DNA of 64,000 nt. Source: Lineus longissimus (lineage: Eukaryota). Shown here one piece after another: positions 1-13,431 of this stretch. A program made the position numbers and the translations under genes. The DNA is taken from NCBI RefSeq assembly GCF_910592395.1, contig NC_088308.1, positions 1,302,001-1,366,000 of the forward strand, given 5' to 3'. Numbering within the stretch: the first letter of the stretch is position 1; the number at the start of each line of letters is the position of its first letter. A model generated the notes under the pieces. The model was not told the DNA's origin. It saw only the letters and a program-made list of their open reading frames with translations, and searched no databases.

Positions 1-200
1 TGTACATTTTACTAAGGCTATCCTATAGGTATAAATTGGAGTGGAAACACACAAATATCAAATAGTATGATTCCTTTGAAGTTATGTGATTGTGATTGTC
101 TAATGTATTTTTACGTGTTAAGTAGATCGAGAAGTATAATCAAGTCCCTGCAATGACAGGATTGCATAAATATTGAAGAAAAATAGAAAATCATGTTTAC

Positions 201-216
201 CCATGGTCGCAGCCAT
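201..216 (-). CDS. Probable first coding exon (MAATMG...) of an unidentified gene running off the left edge
   Basis: Minus strand reads CAAT-ATG-GCT-GCG-ACC-ATG-G|GTAAAC: YY1-like start context and a GT donor, divergent from the gene at 525. Too short to identify. Confidence 0.45.
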
Positions 217-264
217 ATTGAATCTCGCGAGTAGTCGCGAGAAGTGAGCCAGGATGCCGCTAAA

Positions 265-446
265 CAGCGTCCACCAGCGTCCACCAGGTTTAAACGAATT
301 ATTTACAGTCAACAAAATAAAAACCAAATATCATGAAATTTTTAGGAAATGTGTTTTATGGTGTACTTATTACGTTTATGGCTACTAAATTTTATTTTGA
401 TGACTTTATACCTGACTTTAAACCTGGTGGACGCTGGTGGACGCTG
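265..446. repeat. Perfect 30-bp inverted repeat (MITE-like) in the divergent promoter
   Basis: CAGCGTCCACCAGCGTCCACCAGGTTTAAA at 265-294 is the exact reverse complement of 417-446, with an AT-rich interior. Confidence 0.85.
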
Positions 447-524
447 GTTGACGCCGTTTAGGATGACTGCGAGAAGTACTAAAGTGACCTTGACCGGTTG
501 GAAGTTCGGATTTTTTGGTGAAAA

Positions 525-1338
525 ATGAATGAAATATCGGCGATTTTAGACACTTTAATGGACGAGAATGTCCTCTATACTCTTTCAATCGTGGCGGTAT
601 CATCTATAGCTACTATTGGTGCCGTTTTTGCTGGTTACAAAGTTGTATTTCGGAAGAAAGAAGATCGTTTATTGGCGTCGCCTGCTAACGACGCTGGTTC
701 AACATGCCCAACCATGACCACTGGAAAACGGCTGCAAGGCCAAGGACATGAAGGAGGAGCAGTAAAGCATAGCAAATGCGATGGTGTAAAGAAGTCCGCT
801 CAAAAGGATGAAGGGGAAAATGCTGTTGATGATGGCGAGTATGGGCAGCCAGTATATATAGGCCTAAAGTTGGAGATTTTCATTCATTCAATCAATGCAA
901 TACTCACCATGCTCGCTGCAGTGCATGGGTCTGCAGTACACATTGCAGCATACTTTTTTTCGGGTTACTGTTTAATGTCTATTTATTACTTGTCATTCCC
1001 TATCATTATGTTATTGCAGTTCTGTGAATGTGTTTGTACTGTGTATTTCAGGTTTTTCTGAAGAAGATGAACCCCCAGCACTCGTATCTGCCAATCAAGA
1101 ACCAGACAGGGATCCTTTTGAATACTGTGAGCATATTCAGGGTGAAGTGAAGAAGATCAGACAAAACCTTGCCACAAAGAAAATCCAGGAGGCCATGACA
1201 CAAGATCAGATTGACGAGGAACGTGATGCTCAAAGAAAGCAGCTGGAGGCAATATTCTCTATGATGGCAGAGGAAAATGATAAATTTGGCATTCAGTCCC
1301 TTGACGATATTCAAACCCAGATGGGTCTGTATGTCTGA
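525..1338 (+). CDS. MXRA7: Matrix-remodeling-associated protein 7-like; exons 525-834, 1052-1338
   Basis: N-terminal TM anchor, acidic linker, and C-terminus AMTQDQIDEERDAQRKQLEAIFSMMAEENDKFGIQSLDDIQTQMGLYV resembling the conserved MXRA7 C-terminal helix (…EEEQRVQKEQLAAIF.LM…FG…DVQEQLRLY). Phase-1 join through a GC-AG intron. Confidence 0.75.
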
Positions 1339-3698
1339 AACCTCTTACTTACAAGCAATAAGCCCAAGGACTTCTGGTGGTTTCTGCTATCAAAGAGGCT
1401 ACTGATGAAAGACATTCATCTGGGAAGAGTATTATAATTTCTGGACACTGATACGTATTAAAAAGTTATTCGAACTGAAGAACATGAAAACCTTTATAAA
1501 CCAGGACAATTACAATTGCATTGATATCAATGTTTTATGTCAGTGAGGGACTTCATTTTCTCAAGGTAAAACATTTCAGTATCATTTATGCATAATAAGA
1601 AAAGTAACAATATGCAACCATGGTATTTCAAAGTTCCCAGTTATTGCTTTGATATCAAAGATCACCCAGAGTCCGGGGTGGTTCTGGAAGAGCTTAGTGT
1701 CAAAAGACCTAAGCATCAGTGTACTAATCACTGTTTAGGATTTTGGACACTAAGCTTTAGTCACTTATTAGTCAAGACTCTAGTATGCGCATTTCATCCG
1801 TCCAAGTGAATTAGTATTGGCATATTTTACCAAAGATTTCAATGAGTTCTTTCTGAAATTCTAAAATTTGATTGCGAATGTACATGTATGGCATAAAAGG
1901 GCAGTTCTAAAAACTCAGTTTGTCAGTTTGAATTTTTTTTTTTTTAAATGGGAAGATAAAAACCCTAATACATTGTAGAGCCATTCCTGATTATGAAGTG
2001 AATGTAGTTATGTTAACCAAATAATTGTTTGTGAAGTGTGTAAAAACATATTCATGTACCAGTATATTCATCGGTCTGGTATGTAGAAACTACCACCACT
2101 GTACCAGTACATGATGATCTGAAGATTTCTTGAATTCAGATTAATACTCCGCACTGTCTACAGTTAGTATGTATAGCATACCCAAAGTGTACTGCACGCA
2201 ATCCAACGCTTTTCATCAATAGTTAGACTGTGGGCAGTGTGTAGGCATGCATCTGGTCGAATCGATCTTTTCCATCTCGTTCATTTTAGTCTTGTCTGTC
2301 ATCCTGAGATCGGGGGTTCTTTCCACTCCTCCCTTGGGTGCAGTGATAATGGACCTGGTAGAGCACTGCGGAGGCCATCATGATAAATGGATGCAAGAAA
2401 TCTGAAGGTCATTTGTGTCCATGCGTTGTACATTTTGATGTCAATAGGTTCATGTTCTTTTTTGAGATTGTTCATAAACCGGAACATACTGTGGCATACA
2501 TGTAAGCCTTCTAAGCTTAACAGAGCTATTTTCATGGACTACGTATACAATCCATTTTCAGAAAATCAGATTACATTGCAATGGAGTCGCGTGTAGATCA
2601 CAAAGGCGTACTATAACTTCCACCTGAAGTGAAGCTCCATATCCATCTTCGACAATTAGTGACAAAGAAAAATGTCTTTTATGATTTTGTTAGCAGCTGT
2701 TGATTGATCTGCAAGTTGTGTTAACTCAAAAAGTTGGTTTCGTGATTTTTATGGCTGGAGCATTTTGCCTTTGTGTCCTGGAACTACCAAGTGGGGCAAA
2801 AATGTTCATGTCCAGAGTGATGGGCTCATTGTTATTGTATCAATCATTCATGTCAATCATCATCATATTTATATACTTGTAATTTTAGTATTTTTGTTGC
2901 AGTAGATGTTGTTATTTGTTACTCTGGATGCAGTATTAAAATGTGTTTTAAAATAAGTTTTCTTGCTGATCTTATTTTCTTGTCCGCCTGCTTTAAGCCT
3001 GTGTCAATATTGAAAGAGGCAGACGATAGCAATTCATCCTCGCCACTTGTCGAATGAGCTGAGCTTAGATACCAAGATCCTGCCACTCCTGTGTACCTCT
3101 GCCAATTGGAGGCTGATGAACTCATTCGGACCGACGGCCACCCCAGTAGGTTAGAACAACTGGATTTGCTACTTTTTCCAGTGACCCATTGGACACCTGG
3201 ACTGTTTCAACTAGCACTACTCGGTAATCTGTGCATCTGAACCTCGGAAAGCCTAGAGATCCCACTTGCACCTCTTATCGTACTGAACTTCCAGTGGTAT
3301 TGCCTCCGCCCATATTGACAAGCGTTGTCGGAAAGTTTTAGCAATGTCAATACATTACCGTAACGGTCAAGATACCCATTATTGACTCCTGTTGCTTTGT
3401 CCGATTCATTGCATTTTTCATCAACTTTGGAGACGTGCAGTCCTGCTGGAAGCCATTTCTGAATTGTGAAAAATCAAAGTATTTCACATCCTCCTAGTCC
3501 TTGTTATCTGTCCCTGCGCACCTTCAAGGAGTAGGACAGTTTTACATGAGGCAGAGAATACTGTTTCACCACGTCCAATTGCAACTGGTCTCGCAGAGTG
3601 AATATCTACATGATCCAGGCAGATCATGTCATATCTAAGCACGATTCAGTTCAATAAATCAGCCTTTTAAACTGTGGACAGGATGGCAACTGCATCAA

Positions 3699-3867
3699 TA
3701 CAGCAGACCCTCCCATTAAACGTCAGCAGGACACTCTGATAAGGACACTGATCTTGGTCTGGAATTGGCCTGTCCATTAAATTTGACCTCTGTGATCAGG
3801 ACACCTCTCTATCAAGCACAGCATTTGTCAATCCCAAAGGTGTCCATGATAAGAAGGTTCAACTGTA
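3699..3867. mobile_element. Tc1/mariner (pogo/Tigger-like) MITE, family copy 1
   Basis: TA-CAG...CTG-TA ends, degenerate TIR, internal AGGACAC repeats. Related copies near 17680, 37410 and 59766. Confidence 0.6.
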
Positions 3868-4248
3868 ATTCATCCCAAATTCTGAATATCTGAATATGAG
3901 TGGGGAGCAGGGATCAATAGGTTTTAAAGGTCTCTTCTGAGATTAATTGGTTCCAGCCAAACAAGACAAAATTAACAACATTTGTTCAAATTGAATTTTT
4001 TATCAAAATATGATCTACTAACACAATTTAGGTACATGTACATGAAAAAATGCTTATCTGTTAAAAAATATTTTACAATATACAGCGTTGTGTTGTTCCG
4101 ATACTGATACATGGATGCTCTGCACTTTTTCAAAACGACACATTATATTTGCTTGTCTACTCCTGAATCCAAAAGATGTAACAATAACCTCATTTTATTC
4201 CTGAGAAAACACTCCACATAGCACCAATATCCTTGGGAATTATGCGAT

Positions 4249-7200
4249 TTAGTTTATGACACTATCTGGATCTCTCCCGGTGAACAGCTCATATATTCGT
4301 CTAGACATTTCCTTCCCAACTCTCCTGCTCGTCTCCAATACGCCTGCACCCCGACGAACCTGCAATTTGTAAATTTGAAAAAGTGCTTGAATGAGGAGGA
4401 ATGATACATTTTACATTTACTCAGAAAGATGTTTAGTTTTAGCCAGTGCCATATCCTATCACCCCTGAAGAATGACATCAGAAAAATGAGTTTATATAGA
4501 TTTGGATGCAAATTTGTCTGAGAACATTATTAGTCTCAAGACCAAAATCCTTGATATGGCAGTCAACTGACAATGCATATTATTTTAGGCTCTGGATGTA
4601 CCAGTAACATACTACTAGATGGTGGAAATTTTTGTCACCTCAACTTAGAATGTACATTTCAGCTTAGATCACTCTGAAACATGTACTTCATAGTCAACAA
4701 AGAGTCAATGAAACAAAAGGAAATGACCACAGAACCGATAACGAGTGCTAATTGATCATCACGGGACACCAAAACTCATAATGTTAGGAGTGCTTCGTTA
4801 TAGAATTGTCATGGAAACCAATCATTCGTTGTCATGGATACTGGACAATTGCATCATTTTCATTACAGGAGGTCTGTCTGGTATTAATGGATTAGCATGC
4901 AATTATGACTGAGTATATGACTGAGCAAAAAAACACTGATTTCCTGCAGCAGATCATATTGATATGAGAGATGAGATGTGGCGTGAAAGCTGGCAATTAA
5001 TGAGGTTCCATTGTGAGAGCAACAACACATCCCTGTGTTAGGACATGATGGTTTCTAGACTGCTAACAATTCATGACAGAAGCAGACTGAGGGAACCTTT
5101 CTGTCGAAACAGCTGATAGCAATGTTTGAGCATAATGGCTCATAAGAGTATCAAAACACAATCAATTGGTGATACTGACTATGATACACATGGTAATGCT
5201 TGATCAACTGGAGGATTCATTATCAAAAGAATAGACAAAAGACAAGACAAGACAAACTCATTCATGTCATAGTTTCCCCCGTATGTTACCGATAATTTTT
5301 TCCTGCAAAGCCAAATAATAAGTCATATTTATATACCGTATAGCACCGTAGGGGATTATCCTGACATGCTTGAAACTAACTGTTTCTGTCTAACAAAAGA
5401 TTACCAGGACACTAATCAGAGGGAAAGGACAAATGGTCTCATTCATGCACATGGTTGTGTCATCAAATCTAGTTTTGGTAAGATTGCCCCAAGCCTAGAC
5501 ATTTGTAATTGCAAAGGTAATTAATGGTGACAATCAATGATCCAATAAGGCGTCAACAGATTTGTGTTTGTTGAGAGGTTTGATTGCTCATACTTATTTA
5601 TAACTGTCACAAGTACAAAAACACCTTAATCAGATTACCCCAATGAAGTCTGACAAGGGTCATTCTGTACACACAGAGAATGGAGCATATGACACACAAT
5701 GCCACTGATTGCACTGTGATTGTGAAAGACAGACTGAGTCTGACTCTGAACCACTCTCCCCATTATCCTGAGGCAGCCCAGACACCTTGAGTCACTCAAA
5801 CATGACACCAGATATAAACGAAGGCTTTGGTAATTCTGAGTCTGACAGACACATGGAGTTACTCAAACAAAATGACAACTGATAGATAAAAACCCAACTC
5901 ACATTTCAGTAACCACAGATCAACACTTCCGTAAGATCAGGTCACATCTACTTGACATCAACCATGAATTCTAAATCAATCACCTTAGCCAACCTGGAGG
6001 CCCAGTTCCTTGAAGCCTGTTCTGAGATCGTCGATCTTGACCGCCAACTCCAAGGACTGATGTGTAATGCACCTTGCCAGGATTCTGCAGAGAGACTTCA
6101 GAACTTGAAGCAGGTGAGGATGGATGAGGCCAGTCGTATTGAGAAACGGATGAACCGTATGTGGTACGAGATCTACCAGGGTGACGAGGCCAGAGACTCT
6201 GGAGACAGCGATTCGTGAACAGCAGACAATACCAGACCAGACGACATCCTGATCCAATGCCAAGTCAAGACAGCCACAACCAAGTCAAGACCACTTCCAA
6301 CAACACCCAGAGACAGCATCAACAAACGTGAGAACAAGTCAGTTCAAGAAGAAGAATCATCCTGATGACAAGACCACGACCAAGATGATAGAAGACATTG
6401 CTTATCAACCCACATCAAGAACAAGCCTAATCGAGTGACGTCGACCCCATCCAAGTCAACAGGAATGAAATGAGATAAAACGTCTACAAGCAATATGAAA
6501 AGGTTCTTATCAGAACCACAAAATATTTCCAAAGAGACCAATTGGTGCCAACATGCTTGACAAGAAACGCCTCATCTTTGGCTGAGATATCTTTTCCTAA
6601 CTCACCCGCACATCCACAAGCAGTCGCTCCGCTTCTCTCTGTGAGTGGCATTGTTCATAAGCCTGAAATGATACAAAGGCACATGTACAAGTGTGTTTGT
6701 TACTGCAGTTTTGCAGAGAAAGGACTACAGCAGTGTAAATGAACATGACATTTGAAGTTAAAGCATTATTACTAATTCATGTCTGTGTCACCCGTAACCT
6801 GCGCTGTCCCTCGAGACAGGAAGTCTAAGTTATGCAATAGTTTTGACCGGGTGTTACTCAAGCAACATCTCCTGAAAGCATTCTGACCTGGATAAGTAGC
6901 CTAGGTGAAGGGTATTCCCCCACGATTGCATTGGCTACTTCCGGAGAGAGGGCGTTAAACTGACAGAGCTGCTGCTTCCAACACTTTAACAGTCCACTTC
7001 CATTCTTTTCAATCTTCACACAGCTGGTGCTATCTGGGAGGAATGAGAAGCCCACTTGATTCTTCTCTTTTCTGAAAAAGAGCTAAATTTTGAGCAAAAA
7101 TCCAATTCATAACGCTTTCTTCAGGTGTAGTTGACTTGTGAGACATTGGTTCCATTTCAGGGGCTTCACATGAATCTTGGCACCAATGCTACAAAAGACA

Positions 7201-10200
7201 ACCTCCTGAATGACTCATCTTGAGGTAGAGTTATTGCCATACTGCTACCTCGTATACGTTGAGAGGCGGAGTACATGTATATTGAAAATCACTGGTTATG
7301 TCAGGATGGAATGACTGGATACAACAGCCAGTGGCACTATATTCTGAATCTTACTTAAAGGGAGCTTCCGCCACGGACTTGGTGTGTCTGAAGATGATCT
7401 TGGCCACATCTTCTGGTGTCTCCACCAAGCTGACACTGCAGCCAGCAGGGCTGAGTTGTAGCTCTAACATCGCCTGAAACAGACGAAAATTACGATAAGA
7501 ACAGACGGTCTCTGAAAACACTATGTTCAAATGAAAACTCTTTCACAACAGTTTCTTCAGATACAGACCATAGATATGTATTGTACATGTACAGAAAAAT
7601 GCAAATTTTCCCTGACCCTGGCCTAATGGATCTTGGTCAGGCCAGAAATATTTGACTTTACCTGTTCCATATCAAATCTTGAAATCACAATAGAAATATC
7701 AATTCCTTTCTGCTTCTTTTTAGCATTGTATGCAGGATCTGTTGATCTCACAGCTTCCTTATACTGTCGCTGCCCTATCGTCTTGAGATCCTTGAAGTAC
7801 TTCTCCATGCCTTGTACAATCAGACTGAGCTTTCTATCACAGAGACTTGCGGACGCCTGCCACGCAAACTCAGGGAGGGACATCCGATGGGTGCAGCCAA
7901 CCTGAAGTGCGGAGAACACACAGTTATTGGAGAAGGAAGAGAGCAAAAGCAGTCAATTCATAAAGGGACCAAATACTGGCAGCCAGACCAAATCTGACAA
8001 CAATAATACAAGATTTATTCATCTCCTTTACTAACCGCGAGATAAAATTTAACAATGTAATACTAATACAATGTAGATGCACACAAAAACTACTCACATG
8101 TACTGTGGCGTAAACCATGCTTACAAAATCTTGGACAGGCACTATCAGGATGCCATGTTGTTCATCAACATATTTGGTCTGTTGCTGAAGCTGGAAGAAG
8201 ATTTGTGATCAGTGAGAACACATTGATCACCGAGGCTTTACTGCTCTGTCTAGCTACCAGTAGTATTTCAGGATCTTACGATCAAAAGATACAAAAGATA
8301 CAACAAGACCTGGTACATTGGACGATTCAAACAAGTGAGAGGGAAGCCAGATGAAAGCAAGAGGTTTGGATATGCTACTTGTACTAGCCAACCAGCTGGA
8401 GCTGGTCCTCTTGATAAAGACTTTCAGACATTACATTGAGGGAGGGAAACCAGACCAAATGATCGGGTCACCATCTCCTTGTAAGTGCGAGTGTAAGTTA
8501 GTGAACATGTAAGAGACTTACTGTATGTCCTTGTACTTCATGGTTTATCACCTTCCTGGTCCAGGAGATGCAGGCCGGGATAGGTTGATCACAAACTTCA
8601 TATTGGATACCTGCTTCTTGGAGGAGCTTCAGCAACACAGGACCAACTGTGCTCTGGACGACGTTGGAATCAAATTTCACAGCCACATACTGGAAAGAAT
8701 TACAGAGGTAAGCAAAGCGACACTTCAACAGAAGGAAATATCATTAATATTTATCATTAAGCTCTATATTCTCAATTCCATGTACTTCTCTGGACCAGTT
8801 ATAACAATGCACAGGATTCAAACTAACCTTCAAGCACTCTCCAGGCTTCAGACATTTTCGCGCCTCCAACGCAGCTTTCTTCTCAGCTTTTTCAAGTTCT
8901 TTTTGCTTTCTCTTTACCGACAATTCTCTTTCTCGAGTTTGCTTCTTTTGCTGAAATATCATTGATGTATCAACTATATTGTTCCTAAAGAAACTATCGT
9001 GAACAAGTTTAGAGAAAACTTCCAATCGTAATATTATGTTATCTCTTCAGTATCATTCAATTTGATGTGATGAAAATGAATTAATACAATCAGTACCTTG
9101 GTTTCTAAATCCTCAAAAAAGTTACCAACATTTTTGAATGAAGTACGTGCAACAAAAAGGAGTTTCTTTCCTAGAAGTAGGTCATGAGTGTAACCTACGG
9201 CAGTCTGCACTCGTTGTTACACTCTAATAACACAAGATTGACATAGTTTTTTCCACACACCTGTGCAAGCCTCTTCTGCTCCACAACTTCAGCTGGTGTC
9301 CTTTTCTTCTTTTTTTCCTCAGAATGTTCAGATTGATCTTCATCGGAATACTGGCTATCCATGGTGGTCACTGAGCTGACAGTCTCTTGCATGTCTTGAA
9401 TGTCATCATATGTTGAAACAGTACTTCCTAAACTGGATAACTGACTGTTCAAATGATGATTCGGCACTGAGGAAGATTGCGAAAGAGTCGCAGAAGCATA
9501 ATCATAACTGGGACTAGAATAACTGAAAGCTTGATGATCTGATAGTGGCAACTGTGAAACCTCTGGAAGATCAGGAAGACTGTCCGAGTCTGAATCAGAG
9601 ATGGTGTGAGAATTTGCAGACTTTAACTTTCTTGCATTGACATGTTTAAAGTAGTTTGAGCCTGATGATATGAATGCTGAATTTGATGATGTTTTGTATT
9701 GTTTTAAACGTTCACTCAAAGATGACTCACTCTCAACATCTTTATCTATCTTTAAATATGACACACTATCCTCAGAATCACTACTCAAGGAAACAGTTTC
9801 AGGAACATCCTGAGATTTGCTGATGGATGTAGAAGGAAGACACTCTCCAGAGTATGATGACTGGCTAGGGGATAATGAATTGGAGTTTGAGACTGTCACT
9901 ATACTGGTAGAGCTAGCAATTCCCTTCTTCTTTTTCTTTGATGCAGGAATGTATGGTAAATCATCATCAGAGTCTGTACTGAAGGTTGGATGGATGACTG
10001 CTGTATCTTGAGATCGCCTCACTGCCAGACTTTCCTTGGATATGATTGAATTATCTGATGTGAGCTGAATTGAAAGATAAATTTATCTGGTGTTAAACTA
10101 AAATCAGAAAGTCAAGAAAACGAAATATATCTTGGATCAATGTATAGGCCTACTGCTACTCAATCACACCCCAATCAATGTTTGAATGAAATCAAAATGT

Positions 10201-10396
10201 AGGCCTAGTATATGACTATAGGCCTATCATTTGATTTGTTTTTCTTGTTTACATTTCCATCTAAAATCCGGTTGACAGTTGCCTCAACACTTTGTGTGAC
10301 GTATTGCAAATCCCTCCTTACGGCCTCCGGGTCAACATCGGGGCAGAATACAATAACACTCCTTATGTCATCTTCAGACGGACAATAGGAGCCCAT
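4249..10396 (-). CDS. EME1: Crossover junction endonuclease EME1; exons 10396-10253, 10064-9261, 8950-8828, 8689-8522, 8184-8098, 7901-7662, 7473-7355, 7071-6888, 6662-6606, 4359-4249
   Basis: CUE-like N-terminus, Ser-rich region, LKPGECLK motif, ERCC4-like region (HTKSVAEAPFK), WKQQLCQFN…AIVGEYPSP, C-terminal VRRGAGVLETSRRVGKEMSRRIY. All introns GT-AG with compatible phases. Confidence 0.93.
5964..6218 (+). CDS. Small (84 aa) predicted coiled-coil protein nested antisense in the last EME1 intron
   Basis: ACC-ATG context, TATAAA about 150 nt upstream (5813), AP-1-like TGAGTCA (5788), GC-richer coding-like composition, heptad-like pattern. Confidence 0.5.
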   Translation: MNSKSITLANLEAQFLEACSEIVDLDRQLQGLMCNAPCQDSAERLQNLKQVRMDEASRIEKRMNRMWYEIYQGDEARDSGDSDS

Positions 10397-10671
10397 TGTA
10401 GCGTGAAGTCTGACAGATTAGGAGGTAAAATATGATTTCTCAGTTCAATTTTTCCGCTGACCCAACAACACCGGAAAAGGCTTTTACGCTGTAAAAATAG
10501 TTTTAGATTTTGCCGAGTGTTGAAACAATTTAAGTAATTTTCTATTGCATAAACCTGTTTACCAGAACTGCATGATATGTTTGGCTTTTACCTCTACCAT
10601 TTGAATTGGGTAATTAGCACAAATAAAGAATATCGCTGAAGTTTGCGCATTGATTTAGTACTATTTTCAAG

Positions 10672-11740
10672 ATGTCTGCGCCCATGGTTGTTAGAAATTT
10701 TTGCGGAATTTTAGGAAAATGGACAAAATTACCGGGTAAATAGATATCCGAAAGATCTGACAGTGTGTTTGTATTGATAAATAGTTACTCCTTCATGCAA
10801 GCTTCATTTCATTTGCATCGCATCAAGAAAAGGACTTGCATTCCTAATCGTCCGAGTATAGTATGTCCTTGACATGCATCCGACAATAGATATCAGTAGA
10901 ATTACGTATTCAATTGTGTATTCCACATCCGACAATCGATCTATAGATGAACCACGATTCTTCCAAAGTCTACTGCTGTATTTTTATCATTCTTCAGAAA
11001 TGGCCGTTGGGTGTATTGGAAGTGTAAGGCAAGCGTCAAAGAAAGCAGGCGGTTCTACTAGAAATAAAAAAGGCCCGACAAAAGGCAAACATCGTGGACC
11101 AAAAGTATTTGAGGGTGAAGATGTTCATGCAGGAGAGATTGTTTTTCGGCAACTTGGGCTGAAAGTTTACCCTGGAGAAAACGTAAGTTAAGATTAAGAA
11201 TCCGACTTATGCATGGTAGTTGATTTGGCTGAGGACAAATCTCATGTTTCTTACTCTTAGTTGAAGCTTGAGCCTCTCGGGTCTCAAGTTTCTTGAACAG
11301 ATCCAAAAAACTAGCAGATCAGCTGATGTCATGGAGATGCCTCCTTTGGATGCTGTACTAAAGGAGTTCTTAGTTAAATGTGTTTTCCTGGCCATGACAA
11401 AACTTGGATCTACTACCAGATATGATTGGTCAATTAAGTGCTAGTGAAGGTACTGTTGAAACTTTTAAATCGCTGATTGTGACAAAGTGGATGTTTTGGC
11501 TTGAAAGCAAGAATCAATCATTTCTGGTTTCTATTTCTTTTTCAGGTTGGCATCGGGAGAGACCAGACATTGTTTGCGTTGAAAGATGGAAAAGTGGTAA
11601 TCTCAAATGAAAAACTCTCACCGTACCCACACAGTCCTCTGTATCCAGCAGTAAGTGCTGGGCGGATACTTTATAAGACATTCTACCATGTAATTGCCAA
11701 ACCAAGACCGGGAAGATTCCGACTGGTGTCACAAACATAG
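10672..11740 (+). CDS. MRPL27: Mitochondrial ribosomal protein bL27m; exons 10672-10735, 10998-11182, 11546-11740
   Basis: [11 protein letters not shown]…[45 protein letters not shown] is the L27 signature. Basic N-terminal presequence; phases compatible. Confidence 0.96.
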
Positions 11741-13431
11741 GGAAGATATTCAATTGATAGACACTTGCTCTAGTGACTGTGATTCTTTTGTACAGGTGTT
11801 TCATTCATTGGATTCTTTACACAGAAGATTCTTCACTACACTTGCAGAGCTGCTTGAGACGTGGTGTCTCTTTCCTTGGGTTGAACTCACCATAGCTTTA
11901 GGACTTATAAGATTCTGACCTGTGTCCCCCCTTAAGGAGTTGGCAGCCAATAAGCCATGTAGTTGGTGTAAAAAGTTTTGGGTTCACTTTTGTACAAAAC
12001 ATAATGATTAAACAATGATTTGTTTATAATAATGGGTTGTCTATCTATATAGCATGCTGTTTATTGCTAAACCATCGATTACTGATGGTCTGCATAAGTA
12101 TTAGGATGGGAAACGTCTCGGTAAATAAACTTTCTTGCCATTTCGGCCCATCTTCTCAAGAACAGGCCCTGATCACTCAAATCCAGTCCCATTTGCCAGG
12201 CACTGAGACCACAAACCACCTGACCTTACCATCGAAGACTGGTGACCATGCGCCATTATCATCTGATGGACAATCACATGGACTCCACTAGAACGAGTAC
12301 TGTTGGAGGTAACTCAGTCCTGTTGCCACAGCTATCATCTCAAACCAGCAGCCCAATTCTTGTCAAAGTCCCAGCCAGTCCTATATGTCAGGTTTTAGAA
12401 GTGGACAGTTGGTGTGACATGAACCTGTTTTAGTGAAAGAAAGTGGGTTAGAGTGGTGTGGATACTTTCTATTGGAGACAATGCCTGGTGCCAGGTGGTG
12501 ATGGTTTGAGTATTGTGACATGACAAGCATCACCTCCTAAAGCAGAAGGTTGAACAGAGCCAGACTATGGACTGATTAGCTGATGGGTCCGGATAGTTCC
12601 ATCGAGCCCACTGTAAATGCAGAAGAGACTCCCTGTAGAGGATGACCAGTTACAAACTCGTCCCGATAACTGAGTTCATACTGAACGAAGGATGTTTGAC
12701 TGCAGCTTATTTTGCATAAAATCCCTTTTTACTGCTCCAACACATTCTTCAGGTGTTTGAAAAAAGCAATCTAAGCTTGGATATGGAGTACAAAGTGTGT
12801 GAAACACTTTAATATACATAAATACATCAATATCTACAATGGTTCACAAACAATTCATAAAGCAATAAAAAGTACAATAGTATGTCTGAGGTGTTTTGCA
12901 GAACATGTAAATGGTAGAAACAGTAGTGCACACTACATGATGCTGCATTGTAGCACTGGACGGCACACCTGAATAATTTCACTTGAAAATCTCGGATGGA
13001 TCTCAGACATGTACAACAGACAGGTCTACGTGCATAACATCTTGACAGAACATGGGTGTCAATGCCTTATCTTCTATTTCACGAAATGTTCCAACAAAGC
13101 TTGAAGGGAAGTCCCTTGTCAACATTGAAATTTCCATAATGTTATCACAGATATTCACACAACATGGATGGTTACTTTATTTTTCTCTGTTAGAGGTACA
13201 GTACATCACAACAAACAAGATCTTGAACAATTGATTTCAAAAAACCTTCATAAATTTGTCAAGCTGTTTGTTACCCCGACTCTTTTGGAAGATTTTTATA
13301 TCCAATCTTTTAAATTTTTGAGTAGCATTTCAAAACAAACTCAGAATTAAAACTGAGAAAAATATGAAGGTTTTTATTTTAAAGATAGGACGCTATTGAT
13401 ATAAAGTCAATTTTTTGCAAGAGTCTGTTTT

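Noticed and set aside
525..1061. 178-aa single-exon ORF as the real protein
   Set aside because: Its 3' third is intron read-through; the conserved C-terminus lies in the next exon.
2290..3460. Coding-like patches between MXRA7-like and EME1
   Set aside because: Short interrupted frames with no recognisable domain; cannot support a call.
6785..6857. Possible intronic snoRNA in EME1 (CACCCG/CGGGTG terminal stem)
   Set aside because: No convincing C/D or H/ACA architecture; more likely a decayed small inverted-repeat element.
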